DNA of 48,938 nucleotides. Source: a virus. The notes beneath the pieces were generated by a model, which was given only the letters and a program-made list of their open reading frames with translations, made no database searches and was not told the origin of the DNA. Every line of letters starts with the position of its first letter. The stretch's first letter is position 1. Location: IMG/VR virus record IMGVR_UViG_3300038829_000024, positions 1 through 48,938 of that record. One strand, given 5' to 3'. Positions 39,324 through 48,938 of the stretch are shown here, in pieces. A program made the translations under genes and the position numbers.

Positions 39324-41645
39324 TTAGATTCCAGGTCTAAGGCCAAGGGCAGGCTTTACACCCCTGGTGGTCTGCTCAAGAAGTCTCTGCCTGATGGTAG
39401 ACACTACCTCCTGGTAGTCTGTTACCCTCTTGGCGTACTCTTCGAAGTTCTCTGCAGTAGGGGTAGTCTCCTGGATATACTTCAATCCCTCATCTCTAAG
39501 AGAGATTAGTTCTCTAGTCTCCAGATCCTCTCCCTGCTCTGCGGTAACCTGTGTTAGATCGAATGCTCCGATATTAATGTTCTGAGTGTTTTCTCCTCTA
39601 CGGGCTGTTCCCGTGAAGCGAGTAGTATCTCCAGGTTCAAATGTAAAGGCACCGCCTTCTAGGTTATTACCAGAAGGGTCAGGAGTAAAGAATAATCCAG
39701 GTACCCCAGGGACACTACCTGTTGCCAACCTCTTCACCGCTTCATTAATGAAAAGCTTAGAGTCACCAGCATCTTCATCAATGATATGACTGGTGTTCTT
39801 AATGGCATTATTCAAACGACCAACAGCTTCGAAGATAGGATCTGTCCTTTCTGCATTCTCCCGCTGTTGTGCAGGTGTAGAAGGAACACGAGCAAGAGGA
39901 TTGGGGTTTCTAATACGGAACCTCTGGATCTCTGGATCATAGCTGATCTTATAGCTATCTCCTGCAGAAGAGATCTTCATGAAAGACTCACGAAAGAGAG
40001 TACCAAACCCTGCCTTAGTATAGTCAACAAAGTTCTTCCAGCGCCCAGGATCAGTAGACTTAACCCCCTTCATTGAGGCGAGTGTCTCTTCACTAGTGCT
40101 CTTAAAGAAGTAGTCTGCCCTACGCTTACCGTCAACAACACCAGTAATTCTATTGAGCATCAAGGGAATATTACTTAGGAACTTATCGTTACTGGGTCCA
40201 TATAGATTATCAATAGCCCTGTTCTTTAGAGCAGGATCAATGTTCTTAGAGTTAATATCTGCCATGGTGGTGTCGAAAGCTTGATCGAAGAGCTTAGGAT
40301 TAGAGACACCCTGAGAAGTTGCTTGCTGGAAGACTAGATCAAGAGTCTTCTGCTTCTCACCATAAAGACCAAACATCATTTGCTGAGCAGCTATACGTTC
40401 TTCATCTGTCTTAGCACCCATCATTGCAGTATTGATACGGGTGTTGGCTACACTATCTCCCATCATACGTCTAGTAGCAGCTAGATCTGCTCTATAGGGA
40501 TCAGAGAGAAACTGATAGTCACCTTTCTTCTCTGCTTGGTCTACACCATTCTTCCAGATTGCAAGTCCAGGATAATCCAGAGTAGTAACAAGCTTCTCTA
40601 AAGAGTCCATCTCACTTGTGACAAGACTAAGGTGATTGTCAATCCTCTCTTTACTAAGATTGAAACCAGCATAGTTAGTGAAGACTAGAGACCTGGCATT
40701 CGACTCTACGTTAGCTCGTAGTATCTTGAACTTCTCTAAGACCCCTGCTCGCTCTTGTGCTGTAGCAGAGTCACCTGCTGTATTAAGTCTTTGGATCTCG
40801 TTCTTCAGATCTTCAGTTGTCTTACCAAGGTTAGAAGACACACTATGTAGGTTAACTGTTAGGAACTGCTTAAGGTCTGACTGTATATCATCATCAATAC
40901 GTTGATCAGACAGTTCACGACTGCCCTTAAGCTCTTCTCTCTGTGCTTTACGAAGGTCCATATCCCCCTTCATCTTATAGCGAGGAGATAAAGCCTTTAA
41001 GGTCTCTACATAGCTAGCTCCAGCAAGAGCATCTACTTCCTCCTGAGAGACTAGCCCCTGAGAGATGCCCTGCTCTATGTACTGAAACTTCTGCTTCTCG
41101 AAGTACGAATTGTTATCGGTAGAGGCCTTGAATAGGTCTTCCTGTTCTTTGAATACACGTTCTCGTACACTATTCATAGGATCTACTCCAGTATAGCGAG
41201 AGATCATACTATCGATAGTGTTACGAAGATCAGGTGTATCATACTTTGAACGCAGGCCCTTAGCATAAGAGGTTACCTTGGCGTCGAACCCCTTAGCAGA
41301 TATAACTCCACGATCACGGGCCTTCTGCATCCTATTTAGGAACTGCTCTGCTTCTTGAATATCTTTAGGAGTGCTAGCATTCTGACCATTAATAGTAATG
41401 GAGGCATCTACACCTTCTTCTCTATTAAACACATCTGCTTGCTGCCTGATCTGTTCCTCGATAGACTGTTTAACAATCTTATCCCCTGCTTCTGCAAGCA
41501 CAGGTACAAGATTAGCTGCAGTATCTACGACACTTCCAAAGGTACTATTAGTTCCAACCTTTCGAGCTTCAGGAGGAGTAAACCCCTGAGATCTTCCCAA
41601 GAAGTTAGGAGCCTCAGAGTCTCTGATGCTGGGATTAAGGGGCAT
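39324..41645 (-). CDS. Internal virion / ejection protein (gp15-like by size and position, 773 aa)
   Basis: Large ORF in the run after the tail-tube B-like gene. It is preceded by the diverged 72-nt leader copy. Confidence 0.5.
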   Translation of the reverse strand: MPLNPSIRDSEAPNFLGRSQGFTPPEARKVGTNSTFGSVVDTAANLVPVLAEAGDKIVKQSIEEQIRQQADVFNREEGVDASITINGQNASTPKDIQEAEQFLNRMQKARDRGVISAKGFDAKVTSYAKGLRSKYDTPDLRNTIDSMISRYTGVDPMNSVRERVFKEQEDLFKASTDNNSYFEKQKFQYIEQGISQGLVSQEEVDALAGASYVETLKALSPRYKMKGDMDLRKAQREELKGSRELSDQRIDDDIQSDLKQFLTVNLHSVSSNLGKTTEDLKNEIQRLNTAGDSATAQERAGVLEKFKILRANVESNARSLVFTNYAGFNLSKERIDNHLSLVTSEMDSLEKLVTTLDYPGLAIWKNGVDQAEKKGDYQFLSDPYRADLAATRRMMGDSVANTRINTAMMGAKTDEERIAAQQMMFGLYGEKQKTLDLVFQQATSQGVSNPKLFDQAFDTTMADINSKNIDPALKNRAIDNLYGPSNDKFLSNIPLMLNRITGVVDGKRRADYFFKSTSEETLASMKGVKSTDPGRWKNFVDYTKAGFGTLFRESFMKISSAGDSYKISYDPEIQRFRIRNPNPLARVPSTPAQQRENAERTDPIFEAVGRLNNAIKNTSHIIDEDAGDSKLFINEAVKRLATGSVPGVPGLFFTPDPSGNNLEGGAFTFEPGDTTRFTGTARRGENTQNINIGAFDLTQVTAEQGEDLETRELISLRDEGLKYIQETTPTAENFEEYAKRVTDYQEVVSTIRQRLLEQTTRGVKPALGLRPGI

Positions 41646-41714
41646 TAGATCAAATCCTTATTTGATTGGCTATACAGAGATCTAATGAACACTTCTCTTC
41701 GTTCAGTTAGCATT
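41643..41714 (-). promoter_or_regulatory. 72-nt conserved leader element, copy 2 (diverged, with compensatory stem changes)
   Basis: Minus-strand read: ...cattagatctctgtatagccaatcaaataaggatttgatctaatg. The inner stem is ATCAAAT/ATTTGAT here, versus ATCAACT/AGTTGAT in the other copies. Confidence 0.75.
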
Positions 41715-44700
41715 AGATTTCAATTCCTTTTCAATGTATTCACGATACTTAGGCATGGAGCCATTCTTAATCTGCTCATCCAATCTCTGTAGCTTTGACT
41801 TATTGAGACCAGAGAAAGACTCAGAGAATATACTATTACGTTGTTCTAGAGTAAAGAGACCTCGATCAAGATAGAACGCAGCTTTCTTTTGGTAAGAAGC
41901 TTTATCCTCTGGAGATGTAGTATCATCAACCATCAACCTAAAGTATCTGATTGCTTCCTTCTTCATCTTAGCTTGGAAGTCAATACGGTCCTTGTTAGAC
42001 TCCGATGAGCCATAATAATCTATGACCTCTTGCGGGAGAACACCAAGTAGACCAGTGTACAGTGCATCGAACTTACCGAAGTCATCATCAATAACAGATA
42101 GACCATCCTTAGTGAAGTACTGACCTACTGAATAGGCAAGCCAAGCTCTTTCCCCCTGCTTGAATGTAGCGAACTGCTCAAGGACAGGGATAAAGTCTTC
42201 CTTGGTAAAGTTATAACTGTTGCCTTGGATAGAGGCAATGATACCAGTAGCGAGAGGCTCAGTGGCAACTATGGTGTTTTGTAGAGACGTACCTACAGCA
42301 CCACCAATGAGTTCTATCCATGACTTCTCTCCTTCCATAAGGTCCTTGATGATAGATAGACCACCTGGACCGTAGGTTTCACCAAAGGCAGGATCTGCTT
42401 CACCATTAGACAGGGCACCGAGAGCAACCTGTCCTAGACCATCCATACCAATCTTAACTAGGACATTATCATCGTAATCAACACCAGCATCATTCAACTC
42501 TTCACGCAGCTTATTGTGCCACGGGTAAAGGCCAAGGGTTGTACCAGCCACACCAGTAGGTATACCATAGAGCAGGGAGTTAGCTGCAAGCAACCTAGCC
42601 CTCTGAGCAGTAGACAACCTACGGCCTGCCATAAGGTCAAATAGCCTGGCTTGGTAACCCCAGAACTGCGTAGGAAGGGAGAGGAAGCCTCTTTGCCACC
42701 CAGCAGAAGATGCTCTGGTCATATTAGCAGTAGCGTTATCAGCCCTCTGTAGAAGGTTGGCTACTATGACATCATCCATTTTAATAAGAGGATTAGCAGT
42801 ACGCCAGTTCTGGTAGGAAGCAAGGAATGCCGTTACACGGTTAACTCGTTCACCTTCTTTAAAGGGGAACAAGGTCTTGTCTGCTACCTGTCGGAACCTG
42901 CTAAAGCTGGATCCCACGACATAAGAAGTATCTGCAAACTCCTCACCTACTTCATAGAACCTAGTCCTACGAAGAGCATTGAAGGCTTCTCTGAAGTGTT
43001 CTGGTTCCCAGCCGATAGCCCTGGCTCGTTCAGCCACGCCATCTAAGACCGTAGTTCTGCCATTAAGCAGTAGGCCACGCATTAGGTAGCCACCAGCCAT
43101 GCCCTTAGCAGCGTTCTCCACACCTTCTAGAGCACCAGCAATAACTACACCTTGGGCCTGCAGGAAGAACTGCTTAGGAGAGAAGAGACCCATGTGGGGA
43201 AGGAACCCCAGCCAGTAGCGAAGGAAGTCAGAAGGATTGGACGTAGAGACAAACTCAAGTACGTCACCTACTCGTCCTCTACTGTTCCGCACTCCTAGGG
43301 TTCTATCCAGCACTTGCTGCCAGTGGTTGAGATCAATCAACTCTTTATCTTGGAAACCTAGAAGCTCTTTAGTGGCTCTCTGGTAGTTCTTAGCGCGAGC
43401 CACGTCAGCTGCCCTAGACTTACCCTTAGCAGGGTCGAAGGTTGCTGTAGCAATAGCAGCAATAGGGTTATTACGGTGATCCTCTAGGTTACCTGCTAGT
43501 AGGTCACCGAACTCAGTAACAAATCTTTCAGCAGACTTGATCTTGAGATCGTCTACATACCTGGCACTAGACACGTTAGACCAACCCTGAAGCACAGCCT
43601 CATAGGGATCTAACACTCTAGCATCATTAAGAGCCCAGACAGGGGCAGCATCTGATCCTTGGTTGACTACAGTAGATAGCTGTGTATTACGTTGAGTGGC
43701 GTAGCGGAAGAGAGCCTCACCCTTATAGATGTTATGCTCACTGTTCCTTACATCATTGAACGTACCTATTTCATAACGAGTGACTAGCTTATGCTGATCA
43801 TTAAGGGACTGTCCTGATCTACGAGCAAGGAATGGTTGATTGACATCAAAGATAGCGGACCTACCTCTAAACAACCTAACGAAGTTAGCATAAGAGACAG
43901 GAAGATTGGCATTCACGTAAGCTCTTGTAGCCTGCAGATCTCCTGAAGCATACAGCAGTCTGGCCTGATCAATACGATTAGCACGATCTACGGCTTCATC
44001 CCAAGTACGAGCAGCCCATAGGTTAAGGTCATCATAGTAGTCATGGCTTATCGTACCATCACGTAAGTTGGTGGTCCTGACTACCGGCTGAGAGATAAAG
44101 AAGTCATCACGATAGATCAAATGCCCACCTGGCCTACGGGGAATATGAAGGAAGCCAAGAGGAGCAGACCTGATCTGATGAGATACTACAAATGTAGGTC
44201 TTGCATCATCTAGTCCTTGGATTCCATTACGTGTAGCCCATGCAGCGATAGACCTAGACCCCTCAGGGGATAGGTGTACGGCTTTATATCCTTGATGGTT
44301 TATTAGATCTTCGATGTTATTACGGCCAAGACCACGGGCTGTAGCACCAGCAGTAGACGCCCTCTTAGATGCTATGGAGGTTGACCCATCACGATTGATA
44401 ACCATCACAGAGAAGTTGTCGGCAGAGTCAAATGGAATTCTATTGATAGCCTTTCCTTCGATATCTGGTTTACCCTTAAAGGTTACACCCTTGACTGGGA
44501 AGTCAAAGGTCTCCAATCCAACTCTCTGCTTAAGCTTAGTAGCAGATAGATTGTTAATGAACAGCTCTGCGTGATTGACCTGCTGCTGAACGAAGTAGGC
44601 TTTGATCTCTTCATCGTCAGGCAGTCTACCAATTACAGTGTTGAAGTCGCGTTCAAACTGTCCAATAGTTCTAGATGTACGCTCGTTGTCTCTCTCATGC

Positions 44701-46541
44701 TCAAGGAAAGTAATCATATTCTGCCTAGAGGTTCCACGCCACTTAGGCAACTTACTATAAGCATCAGCAATAATAGACTTACCGAGATTGCTAAGATTAA
44801 TACTTCCTAGAGTAGATACTTTATTAACGGCATTGATCTCGTCAGGAAGGATCTCATCAAGAGTCCTTACATTTCCAAACAAGTAGTTCAACCTACCTGC
44901 AGGTGTAGCATTATTAGCCTGTACAAGTTGTCCTCGTACTGATGGGAGAGTCTCATCCACTGTTTGAGTGATCTGGATAAAGTAACCATCAGCATCATTA
45001 CCTACAACCTTATAGCCTGCCCTTAGTCCCAGGTTCTTTGCTTCGTCCTTGACACTAATAAGGTTGGGTAACCGCAGACCAATACGATCACCAATAGTGA
45101 CCTGAATATGGTCAGTGTTAGTAAGAGCATTATCAACCGATCTAACAGGTTTGATATTACTAATACGTCCCCGTATAGTAGGATACTTAGTATAGAGTGT
45201 TTCTTGAGCCTGCACCAAGGCTTCAGCATAGGCAGGAGAGCCTGGTTGTAGCCTAGCTATATTGATAGGATCTGTTACTCCAGAACGGAGGACCTCAGAG
45301 GATACACCTCTCAGGAGATCACGTACACCATTAGCAAAGCCCATTGACCTGCTACCAGGATCAGCTAGGATTGAATTGGGATTAGCAATCTCAGGAACTT
45401 CATTCAACAGTCTATCGTAATCTGAGAGTGTACTACCAGAGTCAGACACCTTAGAGCGCAACTGTCTGTGGACATCAAGGAACTCAGCCTCAGCCTCACG
45501 ACCAGAGTCAGCAAGAACACGGCTGAGCCTACCACCACGCATAGTTCCACGAGTAGCAGAAGCAAGGGCACGTACTGTACGAGATCCTGCAATAGTTAAC
45601 AGAGGGTCTGCGATAGTCAGTGCATCGTCTAAGAAAGCTTCTGAGTCTGAATACTCAATGAACTTACTAAGAGCAATCTGTGCTAAGACAGGATTCTTTT
45701 CGTAGAGTTCATTAACCATGCCGCGCAGAGCAACCTCCTTCTGACCAGAAGGAAGAGAGCCGTAGTAGTATTGGATCTGTTCAAGGAAGTTACTACCAAG
45801 AAGATACGAGTTAGTCTCTGCTCCTGGAAGGGCGTCGTTCAGTTTGATCTCAGTATAGCTGGGGATCAACAACTTACCAAAGCCAATAGCCTTATCAGCT
45901 AGTCCAAGTTGAGAGTACCGATCATCGAGATCTTGCTTAACACGATAGAGAATTTCTCTATCACGGATAGCATCTTTGGTAACCCTTATAGCATCCTGCT
46001 CTTCCTTAGAGGGAGGCAACCCTTCATGAAGATCATCAGAGAATTCAGAAGGTAGGTTGTTGTAAGAAACTAAACCAGGGGGGTTCTCATCCTGTACACT
46101 GTAGGGATCATGTGTTCCCCTGAACTCGAGAGCCTGGGAGACAACCTTCTTAGCAAAGGCTTCTTCAATATAGGTAGCTGGGTCGATCTTCTCATCAATG
46201 GTTAGAGGATCGAGCATAGTACGGAATGAGGCTACATCATCTAGGGAGAAGGGTTTACCGATAGTACGGCTCTCCTCTTCCTTCTGGACCATAAGCTTCT
46301 GTACTTCCTGGTTGTACTTAGAACGAGCTATGTAGGCTTCACGACGCCTGATCTCTGCATCACTACCAGCTATAAGCTCATCGTGGAACTGCTGTGCAGA
46401 CCCACCAGTAGCCAAGGCATAGCGGTTAGACCTGAAGTCAGCTGTTTCCTTAGACACAGTAGGAGCAGTTGGTGCCTCTTCCGGCCCAATAGAGTAGGTA
46501 TAGCCTTCTTCTACGGTATCTGCGATATTATATGTTAGCAT
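41703..46541 (-). CDS. Giant internal virion / ejection protein (gp16-like by size and position, 1612 aa)
   Basis: It is the largest ORF, lies in the internal-protein run and is preceded by a leader copy. I recognised no catalytic motif. Confidence 0.5.
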   Translation of the reverse strand: MLTYNIADTVEEGYTYSIGPEEAPTAPTVSKETADFRSNRYALATGGSAQQFHDELIAGSDAEIRRREAYIARSKYNQEVQKLMVQKEEESRTIGKPFSLDDVASFRTMLDPLTIDEKIDPATYIEEAFAKKVVSQALEFRGTHDPYSVQDENPPGLVSYNNLPSEFSDDLHEGLPPSKEEQDAIRVTKDAIRDREILYRVKQDLDDRYSQLGLADKAIGFGKLLIPSYTEIKLNDALPGAETNSYLLGSNFLEQIQYYYGSLPSGQKEVALRGMVNELYEKNPVLAQIALSKFIEYSDSEAFLDDALTIADPLLTIAGSRTVRALASATRGTMRGGRLSRVLADSGREAEAEFLDVHRQLRSKVSDSGSTLSDYDRLLNEVPEIANPNSILADPGSRSMGFANGVRDLLRGVSSEVLRSGVTDPINIARLQPGSPAYAEALVQAQETLYTKYPTIRGRISNIKPVRSVDNALTNTDHIQVTIGDRIGLRLPNLISVKDEAKNLGLRAGYKVVGNDADGYFIQITQTVDETLPSVRGQLVQANNATPAGRLNYLFGNVRTLDEILPDEINAVNKVSTLGSINLSNLGKSIIADAYSKLPKWRGTSRQNMITFLEHERDNERTSRTIGQFERDFNTVIGRLPDDEEIKAYFVQQQVNHAELFINNLSATKLKQRVGLETFDFPVKGVTFKGKPDIEGKAINRIPFDSADNFSVMVINRDGSTSIASKRASTAGATARGLGRNNIEDLINHQGYKAVHLSPEGSRSIAAWATRNGIQGLDDARPTFVVSHQIRSAPLGFLHIPRRPGGHLIYRDDFFISQPVVRTTNLRDGTISHDYYDDLNLWAARTWDEAVDRANRIDQARLLYASGDLQATRAYVNANLPVSYANFVRLFRGRSAIFDVNQPFLARRSGQSLNDQHKLVTRYEIGTFNDVRNSEHNIYKGEALFRYATQRNTQLSTVVNQGSDAAPVWALNDARVLDPYEAVLQGWSNVSSARYVDDLKIKSAERFVTEFGDLLAGNLEDHRNNPIAAIATATFDPAKGKSRAADVARAKNYQRATKELLGFQDKELIDLNHWQQVLDRTLGVRNSRGRVGDVLEFVSTSNPSDFLRYWLGFLPHMGLFSPKQFFLQAQGVVIAGALEGVENAAKGMAGGYLMRGLLLNGRTTVLDGVAERARAIGWEPEHFREAFNALRRTRFYEVGEEFADTSYVVGSSFSRFRQVADKTLFPFKEGERVNRVTAFLASYQNWRTANPLIKMDDVIVANLLQRADNATANMTRASSAGWQRGFLSLPTQFWGYQARLFDLMAGRRLSTAQRARLLAANSLLYGIPTGVAGTTLGLYPWHNKLREELNDAGVDYDDNVLVKIGMDGLGQVALGALSNGEADPAFGETYGPGGLSIIKDLMEGEKSWIELIGGAVGTSLQNTIVATEPLATGIIASIQGNSYNFTKEDFIPVLEQFATFKQGERAWLAYSVGQYFTKDGLSVIDDDFGKFDALYTGLLGVLPQEVIDYYGSSESNKDRIDFQAKMKKEAIRYFRLMVDDTTSPEDKASYQKKAAFYLDRGLFTLEQRNSIFSESFSGLNKSKLQRLDEQIKNGSMPKYREYIEKELKSNAN

Positions 46542-46610
46542 TAGATCAACTCCTTAGTTGATATGCTGTACAGAGATCTAATGACCACTTCACTTCGTTG
46601 CGTTAGCATT
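46539..46610 (-). promoter_or_regulatory. 72-nt conserved leader element, copy 3
   Basis: Differs from copy 1 at a single position (gctgtacag versus gctatacag). Confidence 0.8.
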
Positions 46611-47157
46611 ACTGGGGACCCAATGCGTTACGGATACCTGAGAATGTGTTACCGATCTGTGTAGAATTGCCTATTACAGAGGTTCCTAGTTTGAATAGAG
46701 CGTTACCGTCGTTGATATCACGCTGTACACGATTAGATTGACCACCAAGTACATTGATCTGACCTTGTAACCTAGATGCTTCAGCGTTGATCTTGAATAT
46801 CTGTTGCCCACGGGCAAAGTTACCACGAAGATCGCCTAGTTGCTGAGATACTTGACCTGCAATCTGCCCTACAGCACCACCAAAGGTTGATCCCTGTGTT
46901 CCTACACCCTGTGTAGTAGCATTAGAGAGTGCCAAGGACCTGGCTGCTTGAGCCTCTTGGATAATACGTAGCTGTGCCGATCTAAAGTCCGATCTAGCTT
47001 GTGCATTACGTACTGCCTCAGCTCTCTGGCTCTGTGCTGAGATCTGTTGGGATAACCTGAACTGTTTATTCTGAATGTTGGCCTGCTTCTGGCCACCAAC
47101 AATAGATTGAATAGCACCAGCAACAGCAAGACCACCACCAATAGCTTCGATTAACAT
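46609..47157 (-). CDS. Gln/Gly/Ala-rich internal virion protein (gp14-like by position, 182 aa)
   Basis: N-terminal hydrophobic segment, then Q-rich coiled-coil-like sequence. It follows the tail-tube B-like gene. Confidence 0.45.
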   Translation of the reverse strand: MLIEAIGGGLAVAGAIQSIVGGQKQANIQNKQFRLSQQISAQSQRAEAVRNAQARSDFRSAQLRIIQEAQAARSLALSNATTQGVGTQGSTFGGAVGQIAGQVSQQLGDLRGNFARGQQIFKINAEASRLQGQINVLGGQSNRVQRDINDGNALFKLGTSVIGNSTQIGNTFSGIRNALGPQ

Positions 47158-47169
47158 TAAACCAGTCCC

Positions 47170-48938
47170 TTATACGCTTGCATTCTGGGTTAGCCACATA
47201 GACCACCCGAGTAGTGTGAAAGGTTTACCTGCTTCTGCAGTGAACTTCATCTGCATAGCCCTTCCCTTGCCTCTCATCTTCAATCTACGAGAATGAACAT
47301 CTCGATTGGTTAAGCCATCATTATAGATCTGTTGTTTAGAACTCCACTTACCTGAGTTGCCAGAGTTAGTGAAGTCAAAGACTGACTGAACGAAACAAGA
47401 TGCATTGGTTTCATTCTCTAAGTAGAAAACGACATAAGGAGATTGTACATATCGTTGTGCTTCTCCATCTAGTCGATAACCAGAGAAGAAGTAAGCATCA
47501 TAACTGTTAGCTGTACCAAGTGTTTGAGTTGCAGCATTAGTCCAGTCTGAATAGGTAGGTGTTGTTCTCTCCTGCTCACCAAAGATCAGATAATCAGTAG
47601 AGCCTGTCACTGCCTTAGTTAGCGTGAACTTTATTTTAGGCTCAGAGACCCCAATAGAGTCTTCTACGTAGGAGATACCACGGATATCTGGACCAGTAGT
47701 AGAGAACTCCCAAGGCATGAAAGCTTTACTAATTGTATTATAAACTAGACATGCATCGTAATCAAACAACACATTATTAGCCAAGTTGTTAGGATCAGAT
47801 GTTAACTTATACAACCAATATACCAGTGACTCCTGTGCGTCATAGGCAGCCTTGACATAGTTACGATTAATCACAGGTATATCAAGGAAGAACCTACGTA
47901 TCGTTTCATTAGACAGGCTCTTAACACTGTACGTCTCAAACTGAGGATTGAACTCCATCTGTAGGATATCATGTTCGCCCCACCAGATAGGTAGACCATC
48001 TACTGTAGTAAAGCTATCAGGAGACTGCGTACCGTAAGAACTGATCTTACGTACGTTGAACTCAGTAGCTTTGAAGCCGTTGTTCCTATCACCAGCAATA
48101 AGCCATACACCATTAGTAGCAAAGATGAAGAGTACAGTTTGGTAGTCAATCATCTTAACCACTCGACCAAGCTCAGGGATTTTGATCACTCCTCCATCGC
48201 TAGGGAGTAGATCAGAGAAGAGTTCAGAAGTTGGATCATTCTGCTGGTAGCACTTTCCATAGTCGTCGTTCTTCTCAATAATCTTAGAGAAGTAGATGTT
48301 ATTAGAGACACCCTCTGACTGGATACCAGAGTACCATGCACGACCTGCGAAGAACGCAGTGCACAAGGGCCTGTCAGTGGTGAAGTCTTCTGCTAGGAGA
48401 CCAGCTGCAGCAACAACCTCTCTCTTAAAGAACTGTACTTCAAACACTCTGCTTGTTACAGTAAGTGTATTACCACCAGAACCATTTATCGTATAGGTTA
48501 CTGCTAAACTGAAGCTAATCCATACATGATCCCATACTGTTACAGTATCAGAAGAGGAAACCGTTATGGTTGTCGTTCCAACACTGACTGTCGATGTACC
48601 TAGCAGTGTACCATCAGTAAGTGATGAAGGGGCTGAACCATTCTTAGCGTAGAGTTTAGCGGTTCTTGTTCCACCTCCGCCTGAGAAGTTCGTGCCGGTG
48701 ATTGAGAAAGTAAAGTAGTTATAAACAACAGCTTTACCGACAGTCGTCCCAGGTGAATATGTTTTTCCAATATACCCAGACGAGGTTACGGTTAGTGTAC
48801 CTGGAGAACTCCTAGAACCAGAAGCACTATCGCTTGCGTATACACCACTAGTTACGTTGTCAAAGGCATTAGGTATACTAGTGTAGTCGCCAATAGTCGT
48901 TCCTGTCAAGTAGGAGATAAGTACGTCAGAGCTAGTAG
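47170..48938 (-). CDS. Tail tubular protein B-like, C-terminal part of the ORF that starts at 1046 (wraps the junction)
   Basis: The track ORF 47170..48909 has a pseudo-start (TTG = Leu in ..SYLTGTTIGDY..). The frame stays open to the window end and is in phase with 1..1046. Confidence 0.6.
   Translation of the reverse strand, partial: TSSDVLISYLTGTTIGDYTSIPNAFDNVTSGVYASDSASGSRSSPGTLTVTSSGYIGKTYSPGTTVGKAVVYNYFTFSITGTNFSGGGGTRTAKLYAKNGSAPSSLTDGTLLGTSTVSVGTTTITVSSSDTVTVWDHVWISFSLAVTYTINGSGGNTLTVTSRVFEVQFFKREVVAAAGLLAEDFTTDRPLCTAFFAGRAWYSGIQSEGVSNNIYFSKIIEKNDDYGKCYQQNDPTSELFSDLLPSDGGVIKIPELGRVVKMIDYQTVLFIFATNGVWLIAGDRNNGFKATEFNVRKISSYGTQSPDSFTTVDGLPIWWGEHDILQMEFNPQFETYSVKSLSNETIRRFFLDIPVINRNYVKAAYDAQESLVYWLYKLTSDPNNLANNVLFDYDACLVYNTISKAFMPWEFSTTGPDIRGISYVEDSIGVSEPKIKFTLTKAVTGSTDYLIFGEQERTTPTYSDWTNAATQTLGTANSYDAYFFSGYRLDGEAQRYVQSPYVVFYLENETNASCFVQSVFDFTNSGNSGKWSSKQQIYNDGLTNRDVHSRRLKMRGKGRAMQMKFTAEAGKPFTLLGWSMWLTQNASV
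48812..48938. repeat. Terminal overlap, identical to 1-127
   Basis: Direct comparison. Confidence 0.9.

Overview
The window is a complete, circularly permuted podovirus genome of about 48.8 kb. Bases 1-127 are identical to 48812-48938, which looks like an assembler overlap, and one ORF reads in frame across the junction. Gene content is T7-supergroup-like, but I found no phage RNA polymerase, integrase or repressor, and no tRNA, rRNA or CRISPR array. There are two divergent arms. The minus arm runs 14434 -> 1, wraps, then 48938 -> 38683. It carries small and large terminase, portal, scaffold, major capsid, two tail fibres with a shared N-terminus, a lysis cassette, tail-tube A- and B-like genes, three internal-virion proteins and a secreted RlpA-like protein. 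The plus arm (about 15200 -> 38703) starts with small early ORFs that look GC-richer by eye. It continues with an 8-ORF amidoligase / ATP-grasp / dual glutamine-amidotransferase cassette and then a replication module. That module holds primase-helicase, UNG, family-A DNA polymerase, gp2.5-like SSB, a Cas4-like nuclease, endonuclease I and a metallophosphoesterase. The most notable observations are: (1) the amidoligase cassette, which has its own copy of a 72-nt leader otherwise found only before virion genes; (2) an endonuclease VII/HNH ORF nested out of frame in an exactly 321-nt insertion at a conserved DNA-polymerase site, with the polymerase frame still open; (3) an intein in the helicase P-loop with a non-nucleophilic first residue, the class-3 Trp/Cys/Thr signature and a LAGLIDADG domain; (4) several repeated nucleotide elements (72-nt leader x4 with compensatory changes, 33-nt hairpin x4, a 34-bp sigma70-like promoter in inverted copies); (5) two ORF-poor, hairpin-rich regions that may be structured RNAs. 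All functional calls rest on motifs I recognise by eye. No database search was run.
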